61,232 bases of DNA, filler included, from Diploschistes diacapsis (GCA_023645945.1; 7 parts of 7 records of this genome joined end to end with filler, not necessarily neighbours in it); one strand, 5' to 3'; positions 12,801 to 24,779 are shown, counted from the first letter of the whole stretch. Program-made: numbers and translations. Notes: generated from the sequence alone by a model not told the origin.

Positions 12801-12910
12801 TGACACACAGCTCGCACCTTTTGCATTCGGACCTAAATGGCTCGCTTACCACTGAAACACCTAAGCAGCACAGGCCGGGAACGCATGCTGAACACTTCCA
12901 GCAATGCTAG
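9854..12910 (+). CDS. Large uncharacterised fungal protein (1018 aa)
   Basis: Uninterrupted 3-kb ATG ORF with globular composition and motif-like blocks (LSEVWGPVW, LLAIGA, GLEVSLCTRNARRV, VLNDS..TATFAIV). I recognise no domain. Confidence 0.8.
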   Translation: MAGKDVAYEASHFRLSVDMAEVKRAWEPLRTHTFVPQYPYMTPKNGASSQDLIATWVEDVCEQSWSDDGPPPQALIDIRAAYRTDSALYRHGLSTPPNLTPEYQTHQVKPIKVGISKIATADSHVKTKAIGTSAPNANDKGPQESLQSSDGSDIHDSQFSVSWLEEEDVVQTTLDVPSNSDQIADPLADPTQPQAPQTDVDLLDPESWMGSMQEIESIVLARSYYRFMTKDMSDTARKESFSPQAQHYSGNSEVQQTFYQSYTLPQQRPLIIPSDTWERLVSIENELLDRWKESRHPIFGPLLRARNILLSLCATIHFLQEKYSASWSSFTILVEYPLTDDVYLIEYSIEDVLIEIQALNTHMWGLIHIPIFNFVRFNDESLRGGYDLLDRICDRRGAGVFWSARKWELFAISLDIAMISHFAAHVVRSQEHFSALDQFLVGTMPSPIDLGAYNLAFVPRYLQCFGEHLKDAAVYVLQTSNWQNSARLRVCSKIGALSEVWGPVWKVRAGLDEDIGYFYALGQGLIGQRPPGLEPEINGPRSPPEVIDCHFVLSKNATSQDIVPLVAPTDALLAIGAGLKSNKKCQTSASQKLLGLDIRPHGTSRSTYTSGPVTWSLSFQYSGLQIGAQKQMILRHGITRKEMLVNKWTLSPSERNPEVLRLWCGLEVSLCTRNARRVQLFHILRSEHTAKLFQSRLWKHEAAATAFSEALSQPDCSFLIALYNSRPEWREDIGSAIGSVLRSLSETGLQGNVFQIYHYAGNHGDDEQLVSLRPTQHSWTAVLNDSIYTATFAIVSHQCLSFPRETGPGQQCRSECHGQPQKSSLQTFIEAVPDTPPLDWHSQVCSGKYLPINDSRTQVLKVLGHTRHGELVVRLSTKSYLHAASMKLLLSADAYRFRECMNRESNAGKAGINVFVLSDKNNEFPTSKGKDRVVEGNELKPTATVLTKNEAYVDKTESVHAQYSGKTWQSAERGDCMATQLPVTHSSHLLHSDLNGSLTTETPKQHRPGTHAEHFQQC

Positions 12911-14926
12911 ACGTGGAAGACGTTGCTCACAAAAGTGCATTACCTGTCTCAGAGCTACAGCGTATGAAAATTGTCACGAGCAACACACCCATGTGGTAGT
13001 GACGTCGAAGGCGGAAAAAGAGCACTATCTAAATATGATAGCAAGAGCATAAACGAGCGAAACGGAAGAGAAATACAAATGCTTAGTCGAAAAGCAAACC
13101 TGGGAAGTAGTTGTGAGAGTGTTGAACCTTTCAGCGCAAGCTAGGTTCGAATGACCTAGCCCAAAAAAATAGAAAGCCTGCTGTGTGGCAAAAGGGATTG
13201 CATGGAAATATGGCGTTGAGTTTGGCGGAACGTTTGCGACTGTGGTCAAACATTCATTGCGTCGATCGTTGTTCGCTACATAGCCTTTGTTTGGCTGGAT
13301 AGGTCAGTAGACGGATGTGAAAACAACTTTGCTTCGCGAGGAACTAGCGGGAATGTATATTCATTGAACTACCACAAGCATATCGGAAGGAGAGTGCTTG
13401 AGTGACTGTGAGCATTCCCCAGCCTTGAATAGGCGCCTGGATAGTGAAAACAAGCTTTGTGGAGTCTCAAGACTGTCATGGGGGTAGCGAGCTCCGTAGT
13501 GATTGAAATTATGGTATGAAATCTCAATAAGACTTATGGGGGGGCAGTGGTTGCGATCCGGAGCTGAACAAGTGATACTCCACTAAGTTTGAGTTACATT
13601 AGTCCCGCACAGCTCAAGCCTCGAAATACAATACGAGATAAAGCTCCAAATATGCTCAGAAGGAACAGTCATGCGTGAACACCTTTTTTATCATGTAGTG
13701 CTTTTTGTCACAGGGCTCGCCTCTATCTTCAAAAGGACTTTCTTCCCCCCCGAATCGAGGTTTCTCCATCTACCTCTCATCCAAATCGCCAATAGCCTAT
13801 CCTCATAAGGGATATAGGGCTAAGAGCCCGGCGCCACTATCAATTACTTTTAACACGCAAACTATCTGCCACCCAGCACAACCAATGGGACGCAGGTCGG
13901 TGCCGAATATAACAAGAGGGGAATATTTGCCGCAAGAAGTCTACGATGGCCAGGCAGAGAGGCTAGCAGAGAGGCTAGCGCCCAGAAGACTATGAGAACG
14001 GGGAAGAAGAACGGTGGGGTCTGATCAAGATGAAGAAGGACCAGGTAGTAGGACTCAGTACAGCGGAACCAACAGCACGGGGTGGGGGCCCGCTGGTAGT
14101 AATCCCCGGAGCGGGCACGCAGTGGTATGGCTGGCGGACGAGGGGGGGGGGGTCGGAGGAAGAGAAAAATACGCCGGGCGAGGCGCGGCACATGCTGGAA
14201 TCGGTGGGACGCCCCCGGAAAACGGAAGCCATGCGGGGAAGAAGCAGAGGCAGTGCTGCAAAGCTTCGGACACAGTCCCACGAGCCCCCCAGCTCAAACA
14301 TGTACTCCAAATACCGACATAGGCTACAGCTTCTACTACACGCATTTTACGTGCTCCGACATGCGGCACGGCCTCCAAGCTCATGTTGCCCCTCCGAGCT
14401 CGACCTGTGCTGCTGGCAGGAACAAATGAGGAGGCGCGAACAAGGCCTGGATCGATGGGAGCTAGCCCTGGGGCCTCCATACTGATGACGTTCATGTCAA
14501 AAAAGTAGCGACGGGGTGGGTCGCCAGGCAACGCGTGCTTGGAAGACAAGGTGATTCAGAAGCGTGGTGCGGGGGTATTCTAGAGATTGGCTGGCAGTTT
14601 GGATACGTGCGTGCTTTGTAAAAAAAGGTTTGCTTGATTGCATGTGTTTGAGTAGGGAACCCAGATAAATGTCAAAAGGAAGTTGGAGAGTTGGAGCAGC
14701 GTAACTACCCCAGAATAATACGTCAAAGCCATTGGCTCTTCTTCTGTTGCTCATCTTGATCTATTCCCTATTCTTCTACTTCCGCTACGATGGGCTCTAT
14801 CCGTAGGGCTTTCGGCTTGCCTTTTTTGCTGGTGAAACTTTGCACATACCCTATTACGCAGCATTCCGTATTCGGTTTAGTCAGTCATTAGCAGTCACAT
14901 GGCCATTTTTAGTACCGTGAAATCCC

Positions 14927-15115
14927 CATCCGCAGACGAAGGTCATTCGTGAGAGAAGATTTGTCCCGTAGGCGATAGTCATTTCATAATCGTTAAACAA
15001 GAATTTTTCATAAAACATAACCCATCCGTAATCGAAGACTATCTATCATAAGAAAAGGCTATTTAAACTGGGGCCATCCGTAAACGAAGATTCATCCGCA
15101 AACAAAAAATCATTC
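14927..15115 (+). repeat. Degenerate array 1 of a CATCCGTAAACGAA-like motif
   Basis: Copies at 14927 (CATCCGCAGACGAA), 14944 (CATTCGTGAGAGAA), 15023 (CATCCGTAATCGAA), 15075 (CATCCGTAAACGAA) and 15093 (CATCCGCAAACAAA). Confidence 0.7.
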
Positions 15116-15639
15116 ACAACTAAAATTCTTGTGCGAACGTAGGGAGCGCATCAAAGTTCTAATATAGAAATGATATAAGAAAAGCGTAATCATCCAAGGA
15201 CTCAGGAGGGCCAAATAGAGGCATCAAGCAATGAGGCATCGGCAATGGACCTCGGCGTCGCTCCAAGCACCTAGTACTACACTAGCCATCCATATAACTT
15301 CTCAATCTCATCATAAAGGAGCATTCTCCCTGCTCTGGGTCGTTGTGTGGTTCGGCAACATCGGCAGCTTTACAGAAGTTGTCTTTCTTCGGCGAGCTTA
15401 TCGAACGGGTAGGGGAGCATGGCACGAGAACCCTTAATATTAGTGAGAAAAAAAACCAAGGGCGAAACCTGCATCCTCATCCTCATTGTCTTCTCCATCC
15501 TGATCATCGCCTTTTTCTTCCAACATCCCTCTGCCCCCTCAGCAGCCCCACTCAGCGCGCATATGCTAATCGGATCCCATTGAAAGGCTAGGATGTCCCA
15601 ATCGGGAACACACACGGGCTGCTTGACTGCGACAGTCAT

Positions 15640-16210
15640 AACTGCGGCGTTACAAGTTGCGCCATGAATACAGACCCAGGCTTTTCTTGTTGGCGGAATA
15701 AGGATAATATGCGTGGATCTGCCGCGATGTCAATATACCAGTCATACAGCTCTCCGCTCGTCCTTTAAGTAGCCATGAGAACCGCAATACGATCCTGTTC
15801 TGTAGTCGCTCCATAGGCTCGAAGCCATCATTGTTTTCTTCCCACCACCGATTCAGTATCGGGCTTTAAAGACCACATATTACGTGCTGTGTCCATGGGA
15901 CCTCTGTCGCCAGTAAAGGCTAACAAGTATGTCGACAGCGCTACTCTTCTCGGTGCGTACAAGCCGGACACTGAGTCGAGCAGAGAAAGGCGGTCTTTGC
16001 TTGAAATCTTCTGCACAGAGAAGGGCCAGACATAACAGACGTTTGGCATTGCATCTTCGGTTGCTATGCACTGGAAAATGCTCTTTTTTTGGAGCTTATA
16101 TTTCTGTTCTGCCAGCTTGACCATCTCCCAGACCTTTGCCGCGGGCTTGTTGCTATGCTCTTCTTTACTAAACGTCGCCCAGGGTGGCCGAGCTGCAAAA
16201 TGCGTTCGGG
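15640..16210 (-). pseudogene. Probable decayed ORF of unknown family
   Basis: The frame of the 15828-16124 ORF continues upstream (FAARPPWATFSKEEHSNKPAAKVWE). It also continues downstream through two in-frame stops (RKQ*WLRAYG...LMAT*RTSGELYDWYIDIAADPRILSLF). Confidence 0.35.
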
Positions 16211-16376
16211 AATACCTCGTGAGACAGTGAAAGGGTGGATAGACTAGATACTATGAACTCGGGAAGTGCCCGGACTATATATGTGCAGGTTCCCCAGTAA
16301 CACGGCGGTATTATTGTAGTCAAATTGTAACTGAAAAGTTCATGAGTAGATGAAGACGCATATGGAAACGGAAGAC

Positions 16377-16630
16377 CATCGGTAGGTGAAAGCCATGTAT
16401 CTGTAGACGAAGACTTGCCTATGGAAAACAGTCATCCGTGAGAAAGGTGGCAAGAAGGATAGTGAGAAAGAGGGTTTTGATTAGAACCGCAGATTCTCTT
16501 TAATTAGTCGTAATCGTAAAGCGAAAACCATCCGTCAATGAAAAAAACGTCGTGGCGGAGAATTATTCACAAAAGGGGGCTGGCTGTGAAGGAGTTAGTT
16601 ATATGTAAGCGAAGATCATCCGTAAACGAA
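16377..16630 (+). repeat. Degenerate array 2 of the CATCCGTAAACGAA-like motif
   Basis: Copies at 16377, 16398, 16433 and 16529, plus an exact CATCCGTAAACGAA at 16617. Same orientation as array 1. Confidence 0.65.
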
Positions 16631-17570
16631 ACTTCATTGGTAGAGAGAGGAATTCGCCCAAAGATGAATGAGCCCCTATAATGCCTTCAGGAGCACCACC
16701 TGGTTATAAGGAAAGGACAATGGGTTGATCAAGTAGTGCAGGGTTGGGGAGTGCCCTAATAGCATCTACAAACGTAGGTAGACTAGTAGCATGGATGGCT
16801 ACATCGTCAGCATGTTTAAAGTATCTCTCTGCTATGCGCTCCTACCAAAGGATTCCCAAATCACACAGCCTTGTTTTCTATACGATGGCTGGCCAATTCC
16901 CCTTCCTACCATGTTCTTTAACCCCCTTCCACCTCCACGTCCTTTCCCCATACAGCTCTATTTATTTCCCCTCGTACTACTTGTACTCTAAGAACTCACT
17001 ACATCCATTTGCTCATTCCTTCGTACTCACTCATTTTCCCCTCTTCTCCATTCATTCTTCCACCTCATATCACATCCAGCCTCCTTGCCCACAAACCAGC
17101 GTCACAAGAACCCTAGGAGTACTTCACCACACCACCACCTCCACCACCACTGCACCACCCCATAATTTCCAAGCCTTCCTTCCAACCTCCGGACCCCTAC
17201 GGCAATAATGTCCCGCTCTTCGATCACGTGGCCCAAGTTGCCCACGACCAGCCCATCAGCCACGACCCCAACGTCCCCCTCCCACCCGAGATCGAAGCAC
17301 CCAACCGGGGCCCAACACGAATGGAACATCCGGAACGGCCTCCTGCAGCCTGGGGACCAAGAGCGGTGGACGGCGGAGTTCGGGTAGCGCCAAGGGAGGT
17401 GGGACCAGGCTTTGGAGACCGGTGCGCGGAGCAGTCGATAGGTGAGTGGATGGCGGCTGTGAGGTAGGGGNNNNNNNNNNNNNNNNNNNNNNNNNNNNNN
17501 NNNNNNNNNNNNNNTTAATTAATTAANNNNNNNNNNNNNNNNNNNNNNNNNNNNNNNNNNNNNNNNNNNN

Positions 17571-17968
17571 GTGTGGCAGAGAGCGATAGATAGGAAGCTC
17601 ATGTTTTCGAACAGGGCACTAAAACATTCGCCAAAACAAATTTTCTGCATGATCTACTGCGTGTGACAGAAACGCTCACGCAGGTACTTCGTGTCTCATC
17701 ACAAGAATAAAAAGAACGGGGAATTTTGTAACTCACGCGCGAAAAAGCCCTCTTCTTCCTCTCTCCGGCTTGGGGCAGGAAGAGGAGCACCTGTGCCTTC
17801 TTGGGTGGGTAGACTGACATAGCCTTCGCCGTTGCCGAAAGGGTTCAAAGACTGGAGTCGCGATAGGAAAGGTGAGGACGAGGAAGAGGAAGTATTGACC
17901 GGGATATCAGAGTCTCTTCGGCTCCAGCCTAGGGAATTCATGGAGTCCCTAAAGGACGTTGAGGTCAT
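17571..17968 (-). CDS. SFT2: Vesicle transport protein SFT2, first exon only (truncated by contig end)
   Basis: MTSTSFRDSMNSLGWSRRD...LPTQEGTGAPLPAPSRREEEEGFFA resembles the N-terminus of filamentous-fungal Sft2. GTGAGT donor at 17736; the rest is lost at the linker. Confidence 0.75.
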
Positions 17969-19557
17969 ATTGGAGCTATATCACCAATATTGCTGCGTAA
18001 TGGTATCGGACCTGTTTATTCGATGTTGGACAGAATACTGGCGATAATGAATTGGGGGTGGGGGAGGGGGTCTGCTGCTTGTTGTTAGCAGGCTTTTGTT
18101 TGAAGAGAGCTTTTTGAAAATTACTAGATACTACAATTAGGGGAACCAGCGGAGTTCGAGGTGGTAATAATAGTATAATAGTAATACAATACACATTAGG
18201 CCATAAAGGCTCTAGCTTCGGAGTCGTTAAAGCCGAGGGGAGAGAACAAAGCGAATTCTCCCAAACCAAACAACTTGTCCTTCTTTCAGTTGCTGTTAAA
18301 AATACGAGAAACGATCTGAAAAGCATACAAAGACGCTCTTGAACTTTGCTCTCGCGGATCGGCTAGAATTGTCCCCAGACGATGGTTTCTCCGAGATCGT
18401 CTGCAACGGGTACAACTCTGTGTGTGAGGTGAGGGGGGGGGCCAGCGCTTGCTTGTCGACTCGCTGCCCAGTCTGCCCAGTCTGCCCAGTACTCAACGGT
18501 GCATACGCAGGCATGGGGCAGTACTCGCTGCTACTCCGAGACCGTTGTACGGCCACTTGAGCCGAAAGGGAGGGTGGACTAGCAGGTCCCCTATCGAGCG
18601 AACCCTTTATCGTCAAGCCACATAACGTTCAAAGGGATTAGGTTTGGGTTTGGGTTTGGGGACTGGGCTGGCAGTCCTAGGTCGGAAGAAACCATTGATT
18701 GCGTGCAGATGATCTTCTTTAGGTTTCCAGGGAAAATGTGCACTTTCTGAGAACTAATCAGAAATCATTAGTATTTCATGTGGCTGTCTGCGGCCTTTGA
18801 TTGGCGGCATTGCTTTCCGACCGGATTTTATGACGCGAGAAGTCGAGCATATGAGTTCTTGCTGTTAGTGCTAGGGTGAGACGGTGTAGGACATATCTAT
18901 CGGATGAGGACATGGCTACAAGCCCACAACTTTGCAAAAAGGAATCATGTATAGGGTTCCCAGCACTGGTTGCGCGTCCACGACGCGTCCCGATGCATGG
19001 ACCTTCGACCTAGGCTACACCTTACTGCAACGTTGATTTACGGTGCATTAGAAGGAGGCTTTGTCGATCAGAAGGAGTGAAGTGTGGGAAGGGCTCAGCT
19101 TTTTTCTTCGAGGAGGAAGAGTTGATGGCGCCACATCTCTGTGGGGTTCAGTTTTATCCAGAAGGGGAAACGATTGGGAAACAAGTGACTTTTGGCATGA
19201 GGGATGAGAGAGCCAGTACACCCACTCATAGCTAGTGTATATACGGAGTAGTGACTATACAAGGTCTGGCTAGCGTTATCGCGTCGTAGAAGAGGTACTT
19301 CACGCCCTCACTAAAGATGCTCCCAAGTCCAAGACAGGGATAGTTCCAAGGGCGTTCGGAAAGCAAAAAATGCCCTAAGAGCCCCTAATATGGGGCTATT
19401 ATGGGGCAATCCTAGACCCCTTCTGTGGCTTTGCATCTTTTGCTTTTCAGCATCCACCCCAACCCAGCAGTACCTATAGTATCCTCTACAACGATATGCT
19501 ACTCCACAGTACAGAATCTACTAATGTGCAGTACTTCGTAAGTACCTGCTACCTACA

Positions 19558-19582
19558 GTGGTGGTGGTGGTGGTGGTGGTGG
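19558..19582 (+). repeat. (GTG)n microsatellite
   Basis: Direct inspection. One of several simple repeats in this intergenic region, along with (CAA)n near 20090, GCAGAGA units near 19840-19895 and (CCT)n near 21750. Confidence 0.9.
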
Positions 19583-22500
19583 TGTGAAATATTTATATTT
19601 GGTGGGCAATGAAAAGACCGGACGATGACGAGTACCTGGAGCGAAAGAGGCGAGAAATTCATCCAAGGAGGGGGAGACAAAGGACTGCGGGGGCGAATAA
19701 TGTCTCTCTTTGGTGATTTGCAGATTGGGAAAAAAGAAGCTTTGACCGCCAGCTTATCGACCTGCATAACATTATCCGAGTTGCACACACAAACATTGGG
19801 AACCTAAGCTCAACGGGATAACAAAAGCGAGGCAGAAATGCAGAGATGCAGAGATGCAGAGGGGCAGAGAGGCAGAGAGGCAGAGAGGCAGAGACAGATA
19901 GAGACACCAAAGGATCTTTCTCGGATCCCCTCGGCATCGGCATCGTATATCCGAGATACATTCCTACCCCGTCCATTGCCAGGAAACCTACTAGCTCCAT
20001 CTCAAGAGCTAACCCGCATTAGATGCATTACATTTCGGGGGGGGTTGTGGACGATAGAGTTAGTCTATCTATCGCAGCAACAAGAATGCAACAACAACAA
20101 CAACTACAACAACAACAACAAGGAAAACAACAAGGACCGGGTGTCCTCCGGTATGTCCTCCGGTATGTTACCCTGACCGCTCCCGTGTTTGGAAAAAGAG
20201 ACAGATGAGCAAGAAAGATTATTGTCCTGACGTTTGTGCATTACGATCATGATGATTACTATGGAAGAAATAGGGAGCTGACCCCTTGGTGGTCTGCTCT
20301 GCTCTCTCAGAGGATAGATAAGCAGGCTGGTCTCTATAGTAGCAAACTTGGAAGACCCTTAGCAGCTTAGCGCCTTTGGGATGGAGGGCACAAGCCTCAT
20401 ATCGGTCTAGCACAAGCTGCGATCAACTGCACCCTTTCTCGTACTTTGATATTCATGACCTGCTCTCTGTATGGCACCTGGCCCACCCGTGAGGCGTCCC
20501 AAACCAAACGGAATGAAACGAAACGAAACGAAACAATACAATACGTGAGTCACATTGGGCCAAGAGACAGAAGGAGAAAGAGCGCAAGAAAGGAAGAAAG
20601 AACAAGAGGACTTCTGGTATTATTACACACATGGATACATACCTATTGACTATCCATCCTGGGGGAGAAGATAACACACCTTTTGTAGTCTTGTCTAGTA
20701 CTTGCATGATAGCCGTCTGTCCTTTATTCTTCGTATCATAGAGTACCTACTCCCCTTCTCAGTATTTAATAATCATTACCAGTACTTGTGGACGCTAGGC
20801 ACCCGTGCTAGATGCTGAGCAGTCCACAGAGGAAGCTGCCACTGCCACCCTTGCCACGATACTGGAGTGAACCCGACGGATGACTTGCTCGCCCCTGTCC
20901 TGCCTGATCATTTTGTCAAATGGGAGGGAGCCGTGATTCTCTCTTCATAAAGCCACCTCTGTCCTTGCAGAAGCTCCCGCTTCTAGTCTCTTACACGTCT
21001 GCAACCGCTTGACCTGTCCACTCACGACGAAGCCTTCTGCCTGATCCACCGTTGAAATCTGAGAGCACCAAACAGCCAGCCAGCCAGCCAACCCATACCC
21101 ACAAGATCGTGCTGCCACAGAGCCTACCGACCGACAACACCACCCTCGTCGTTGTCGTCGTCGTCGAACGCATCGTCTTATCGATTCACCGTCTCCACTC
21201 AGCTCACGCATATCAAGAGCCATACAAGATTGAATGCTCAGCATCAGGAAACATCACCCCTTTCTGCGCAATATTCCAAGCCAAATCTTGACACAAACAA
21301 CCAGACATCGAAACTTGGCTACCGAGAACTTGAAGCACCTATCGAGAGCAATCCAATCCACGGCAATTACCTAAGCGACGAATCAAACAACGAGCGCAGA
21401 AACGAACGACAACAGGCTAGGTTCTTGACATTCCGAGCAGCAACCTTCCTGTCCTGCTTCGATCACCAAGAAGAGAGAGAGAGAGGGAGAGGGAGAGGGA
21501 GAGAGAAAACAAGCCGTGGAAAGGAAATATAACCAGGTTTGAACAGTGCAAGTGGAGAGAATCCTCCGAAGACCCCGAAGCCACCAAAAACCCGGTCTGA
21601 CCAATTAAGCGAAAAAGATCGTCGGCTCAACTCTCGCCGCCAGCAGCTTCAAACTCACTCGTCCTTCCTTCTTCCCACTCCCACACCCACAACTCACCGC
21701 CCCGCGGTGAGAAATCCATCTCCAACCTCACCTCTACCTTACTATATCCTCCTCCTCCTCCTCCTCCTCCTCTACCTCTCTACCTCCTTCCTTCCAATTG
21801 ATCGCCCAGGTGGCATCGTCGAGTAGTAGCACAGATCGCTACTCTCTGTTCAATCCCGACGATCCGCCTTTGTACTCCATTGTCGCGGTTTTGGGCATTC
21901 CACGAAAATTCCGTCGCACTAGCTCAAGCTGCTCAACATTCATCCCAAAGTGCGATTGCGACACGAGGAACCGCATCGCATCAGCAGAGAACCACACTTT
22001 CACAGAGTCGAATCGTCAACCTGCTACCAACGCTCGAGGTACTTCTCGATTAGGCAACATATCACGGAGTTTAGAGACGAACCTCGAAACCTCCACCAAA
22101 TCGACCCGTAAGTCAATCATTTCCTCAGAAACTATACTCTGCTCTTTTCTATGGGAATTTCGGGCAAAAGAGCATGGGTTGAGCGAGAAGGAATACCTTT
22201 TATGCGAAGCTAGCAACTTTTGGCTTCCATCCAGAGCTTGGATGCCTGCTCGCCTATAGCTTTGTTTTATTGCGCCTTCGGTGGTATTCGAGCAATGACT
22301 TTGCTATGTCCACCCTCGTCCTCTAGTGTGTCTGGTGCTCAAATTTCGCCTCAAAGTCTTTGTTGGCAGATGTGCGCACAGAAGGCTAACTAGTTTCCAG
22401 GATTGCCTAGGATTGACACGCAGCACTTCGCAGCATTTCGCATCAGCCTCGTCTACAGGTGAGCATCCTGCTATCTCGAACCTTCGCTTCGTCTTGTTGA

Positions 22501-23159
22501 CTTTCGCGCTCTTTGTCTTCACCCCCTCATAACGCGCCTTCCATGACTCATTGCCTTCTATTCATGATGAGCTGTTGGCGTCCTTTTCCAAATGCTTGTC
22601 CTCAACACCAAATGAGGCTCTGCCGTTACGACTTCAGTATTCACTTTGATATGCCGTGCTTGCTAGTACTTTTTTCTTAAACCCTCTGCAATGTGTCACT
22701 ATCCATCACTGACTCGCTAATGGAAGGACTCAACAGGCAACTAAATCGGGATCTATTTAGATCTTTGAACCATCTTCATCATCTTTACACATCTCCTTTT
22801 ACTCTTGAACACCAGTTCAAGCCAAGAAGTGATCTTCCGGCCATTCATTACAACTTCATCCGACATATTGAACACTACATACTTTAGCAAGTTTTGACAG
22901 CAAGGAGTGTGAAATGCTTGTATCAGGTACGACAACTCCTCCCACCCTCAAACTCAAAGTTGTGTTCTTATCGGTGTCTCTTTGTGTCCCCTCATATCAA
23001 CACAATGATTTACTATAAACACTAATTGTCGTCCTTTGTGCAGCCGACAAACCTCTTGAGCTTGCTTCACCTCTCATCCAGACTGGGAAGGACCCTTCTC
23101 TATCTGACTTACAGCTAAGCCCCAACCTTGACGACGAGTTCGATTTTTTTGGTGGGAGA

Positions 23160-24779
23160 ATGAGCGTACCTGGTGGCTCTAGTCCCTTCGTCAAAAACGA
23201 GGAACCGGAAACGGAAGACTGGTTCAACAACCCGATGATGCACCACCCTACACACCTTAACATGGCTGCACACCAACAACGCTTCGGGCAGATGGCCCAC
23301 GGCAGCATCAATCCATCCGAGCTGCAGATGCAGAATCAGGTAAACTTCGGAGGACAGCAGAACAATGGAATGTCATCCAGCTTCAACATGGGCAACGCTG
23401 CTATCGGCGACGACGAGCTCCTTGACTTGGATCTGAACGAAAACCCGAGCATGCAGGCGCAAGCTCACGGCTCGCGAACCAACCACGGTCAGAGTGACAT
23501 GGACGGCCTCTTTGGTCAGGGTCAGATGCATCACCACCACAATAACAACAACAACAACCAACAGCAGATCCATCAAATCTTCAGTACCAATACTCCGAAC
23601 GGAGACCCGATTCAAAGCCCGTTCCTCCACGGCAACTTCAACTACAACAACTATCAGCAGTTTCCACAGCACATGTCGCCACACATGAGGCCATCGGGCG
23701 TCAACGGCATGCCGCAAGACTACAACTTTGGAGGAGCCCGGTCTCGGTCAAGTCTTCCGCACATGATGGACAGGAAGCCTTCCGACTCGAGAAGCCCCAT
23801 GACACCCAAGACACCGGCCTTGGGCGGTCTGAACCTTGGCGGCACCCCTGACTCGGGCAGCCTTCCATCGCAACCGATAAGCGCGATATCTCACCGACAC
23901 CAGAAGAGCTTGTCGGGTCATTGGGACAGCACACCCGGGCTCTCTTACGTCGACTCGCCTGCTGCATCCCCAGGGCACCACATGAATCACGCACAGATCT
24001 CCGAGGTCCTGAAGTCGGGCAAGCACGCTTCATCGCTGCCCAACAAGGTGGACGCGCACCACGCCAATTCAGCCTATCAGTCGCAAGAGGCCAAGCGTCG
24101 ACGACGTCGTGAGTCACACAATATGGTGGAGAGGCGTCGCCGCGACAACATCAACGAGCGGATCCAAGAACTGTCCCACCTCGTGCCTCACCATCGGCTC
24201 GAAGACGAGAAAGTCCGCAAGCACCTCGCTACCAACGGTCCGGGTCCCCTGTCTCCCACGCTGACCGCTACCAACCTGAGTTCGTCCCAGCCTGCCACTT
24301 CCTTGCTGGCAAACGGCGGTCGGCGTGCCACCGGCGCAGGGAGCATCACCATGGGCATCCCGATCGAGGAGAAGGACAAGGGTCCCAACAAGGGCGACAT
24401 TCTGAACGGTTCGGTCGGCTGGTGCCGTGACCTGATGTGGTCGCTCCACCTCAAGTTCCAACAAGAAGAGCAGCTGCGCCAGACTCTCACCGGCCTTGGC
24501 GGCACGTGGCCATTCCAGGAGACCGAGGACGAGAAGCGCATGCGGTCCGAGCTCATGGATGCGATGGAGAAGAACGTTGCCGAGTCCTTTGCCTACAGCC
24601 GTGGCAACGGGTCGGGCCTGCGCGTACCAAAGCACACCAACCTCGCCGGCGAACCCTTGAACGGTGCGGTGGAGAATGGCGTGCACAACCAGCCACAGTT
24701 CTGGTCCGGCAGCAACGGCGGCCAGGGAAGCCTCGCTTTCAAGGAGGAAGATGAGTACGGCATGCAACTCGAAGCATAA
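23160..24779 (+). CDS. bHLH transcription factor, MiT/TFE/Rtg3-like (GlcD-gamma/Crf1-type)
   Basis: Basic helix RRRRRESHNMVERRRRDNINERIQELSHLVP, long loop, then helix 2 KGPNKGDILNGSVGW. Q/N/H-rich N-terminus. Confidence 0.88.
   Translation: MSVPGGSSPFVKNEEPETEDWFNNPMMHHPTHLNMAAHQQRFGQMAHGSINPSELQMQNQVNFGGQQNNGMSSSFNMGNAAIGDDELLDLDLNENPSMQAQAHGSRTNHGQSDMDGLFGQGQMHHHHNNNNNNQQQIHQIFSTNTPNGDPIQSPFLHGNFNYNNYQQFPQHMSPHMRPSGVNGMPQDYNFGGARSRSSLPHMMDRKPSDSRSPMTPKTPALGGLNLGGTPDSGSLPSQPISAISHRHQKSLSGHWDSTPGLSYVDSPAASPGHHMNHAQISEVLKSGKHASSLPNKVDAHHANSAYQSQEAKRRRRRESHNMVERRRRDNINERIQELSHLVPHHRLEDEKVRKHLATNGPGPLSPTLTATNLSSSQPATSLLANGGRRATGAGSITMGIPIEEKDKGPNKGDILNGSVGWCRDLMWSLHLKFQQEEQLRQTLTGLGGTWPFQETEDEKRMRSELMDAMEKNVAESFAYSRGNGSGLRVPKHTNLAGEPLNGAVENGVHNQPQFWSGSNGGQGSLAFKEEDEYGMQLEA

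Noticed and set aside
13880..14490. GC-rich ORFs of 100-160 aa (also 17100-17467) as genes
   Set aside because: No recognisable motifs, competing frames and uncertain starts. They may be relics but cannot be supported.
14927..16630. CRISPR-like array
   Set aside because: The context is eukaryotic, and the repeats are short, degenerate and lack regular unique spacers.
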